Assembly: GCA_032718475.1 (NCBI GenBank)
Contig: JAUCBJ010004280.1
Location: forward strand, 1-48,684
Direction: 5' to 3'
DNA from: Nemertoderma westbladi
Taxonomy: Eukaryota > Animalia > Xenacoelomorpha
DNA: 48,684 nt
Position numbers and translations under genes: made by a program. Below the pieces are notes generated by a model. It searched no databases. It saw only the letters and a list, made by a program, of their open reading frames with translations, and was not told the origin of the DNA. The stretch's first letter is position 1. Each line of letters opens with the position of its first letter. Positions 46,817 through 48,684 of the stretch are shown piece by piece.

Positions 46817-48684
46817 CAGGTGTTGCAAAAACTAGATAGGAACCCGCGGGTCGCCTCCGTTGTAGCAAAAACTAGATAGGAATCCGCGGGTCGCCTCTGG
46901 TGTAGCAAAAACTAGATAGGAACCCGAGGGTCGCCTCCGGTGTAGCAAAAACTAGATAGGAACCCGCGGGTCTCCTCCGGTGTAGTAAAAACTAGATAGG
47001 AACCCGCGGGTCGCCTCCGGTGTATTAAAAACTAGATAGGAACCCGCGGGTCGCCTCCGGTATAGCAAAAACTAGATAGGAACCCACGGGTCGCCTCCGG
47101 TGTAGCAAAAACTAGATAGGAACCCGCGGGTCTCCTCCGGTGTAGTAAAAACTAGATAGGAACCCGCGGGTCGCCTCCGGTGTATTAAAAACTAGATAGG
47201 AACCCGCGGGTCGCCTCCGGTATAGCAAAAACTAGATAGGAACCCACGGGTCGCCTCCGGTGTAGCAAAAACTAGATAGGAACCCGCGGGTCGCCTCTGG
47301 TGTAGCAAAAACTAGATAGGAACCCGCGGGTCTCCTCCGGTGTAGTAAAAACTAGATAGGAACCCGCGGGTCGCCTCCGGTGTAGCAAAAACTAGTTAGG
47401 AACCCGCGGGTCGCCTCCGGTGTATTAAAAACTAGATAGGAACCCGCGGGTCGCCTCCGGTATAGCAAAAACTAGATAGGAACCCGCGGGTCGCCTCCGG
47501 TGTATTAAAAACTAGATAGGAACCCGCGGGTCGCCTCCGGTATAGCAAAAACTAGATAGGAACCCACGGGTCGCCTCCGGTGTAGCAAAAACTAGATAGG
47601 AACCCGCGGGTCGCCTCTGGTGTAGCAAAAACTAGATCGGAACCCGCGGGTCGCCTCTGGTGTAGCAAAAACTAGTTAGGAACCCGCGGGTCGCCTCTGG
47701 TGTAGCAAAAACTAGATAGGAACCCGCGGGTCTCCTCCGGTGTAGTAAAAACTAGATAGGAACCCGCGGGTCGCCTCCGGTGTATTAAAAACTAGATAGG
47801 AACCCGCGGGTCGCCTCCGGTATAGCAAAAACTAGATAGGAACCCACGGGTCGCCTCCGGTGTAGCAAAAACTAGATAGGAACCCGCGGGTCGCCTCTGG
47901 TGTAGCAAAAACTAGATCGGAACCCGCGGGTCGCCTCTGGTGTAGCAAAAACTAGTTAGGAACCCGCGGGTCGCCTCTGGTGTAGCAAAAACTAGATAGG
48001 TACCCGCGGGTCGCCTCTGGTGTGTAGCAAAAACTAGATAGGAACCCGCGGGTCGCCTCTGGTGTAGCAAAAACTAGATAGGAACCCGCGGGTCGCTTCT
48101 GGTGTAGCAAAAACTAGATGGGAACCCCCGGGTCGCCTCTGGTGTAGCAAAAACTAGATAGGAACCCGCGGGTCGCCTCTGGTGTAGCGAAAACTAGATA
48201 GGAACCCGCGGGTCGCCTCTGGTGTAGCAAAAACTAGATAGGAACCCGCGGGTCGCCTCCGGTGTAGTAAAAACTAGATAGGAACCCGCGGGTCGCCTCC
48301 GGTGTATTAAAAACTAGATAGGAACCCGCGGGTCGCCTCCGGTGTATTAAAAACTAGATAGGAACCCGTGGGTCGCCTCTGGTGTAGCAAAAACTAGATA
48401 GGAACCCGCGGGTCGCCTCCGGTGTAGCAAAAACTAGATAGGAACCCGCGGGTCGCCTCCGGTGTAGCAAAAACTGGATAGGAACCCGCGGGTCGCCTCC
48501 GGTGTAGCAAAAACTAGATAGGAACCCGCGGGTCGCCTCTGGTGTAGCAAAAACTAGATAGGAACCCGCGGGTCGCCTCTGGTGTAGCGAAAACTAGATA
48601 GGAACCCGCGGGTCGCCTCTGGTGTAGTAAAAACTAGATAGGAACCCGCGGGTCGCCTCTGGTGTAGCGAAAACTAGATAGGAA
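46817..48684. repeat. Minisatellite, 40-bp unit AAAACTAGATAGGAACCCGCGGGTCGCCTC(C/T)GGTGTAGCA, at least 46 copies, runs off the window
   Basis: Directly visible 40-bp periodicity downstream of the InR stop codon. Confidence 0.97.

Overview
AT-rich animal (invertebrate-like) genomic DNA containing the 3' portion of an insulin/IGF receptor gene (InR) on the + strand. I reconstruct 12 coding exons with GT-AG boundaries and consistent phases from 2677 to the stop at 46363: FnIII-1, FnIII-2/insert domain with CCxC and alphaCT, FnIII-3, TM, NPEY, tyrosine kinase with the YETDYY loop, and a tail ending STKC. The L1-CR-L2 exons lie upstream of the window. About half of the window (~26 kb by my tally) consists of about 12 tandem arrays with apparently unrelated 16-54 bp units, plus transposon relics (TTAA-flanked elements, a foldback-like element, a MITE, a LINE 3' end and a tRNA-derived SINE head). 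The most striking feature is that the last three introns are each built largely from tandem copies of their own exon-end plus 5' splice site (49 bp x ~170, 54 bp x 28, 30 bp x ~22), giving the kinase region about 220 near-identical donor sites. A candidate 102-nt symmetric cassette exon sits where vertebrate INSR has its alternatively spliced exon 11. Most long ORFs in the supplied track are repeat artefacts.
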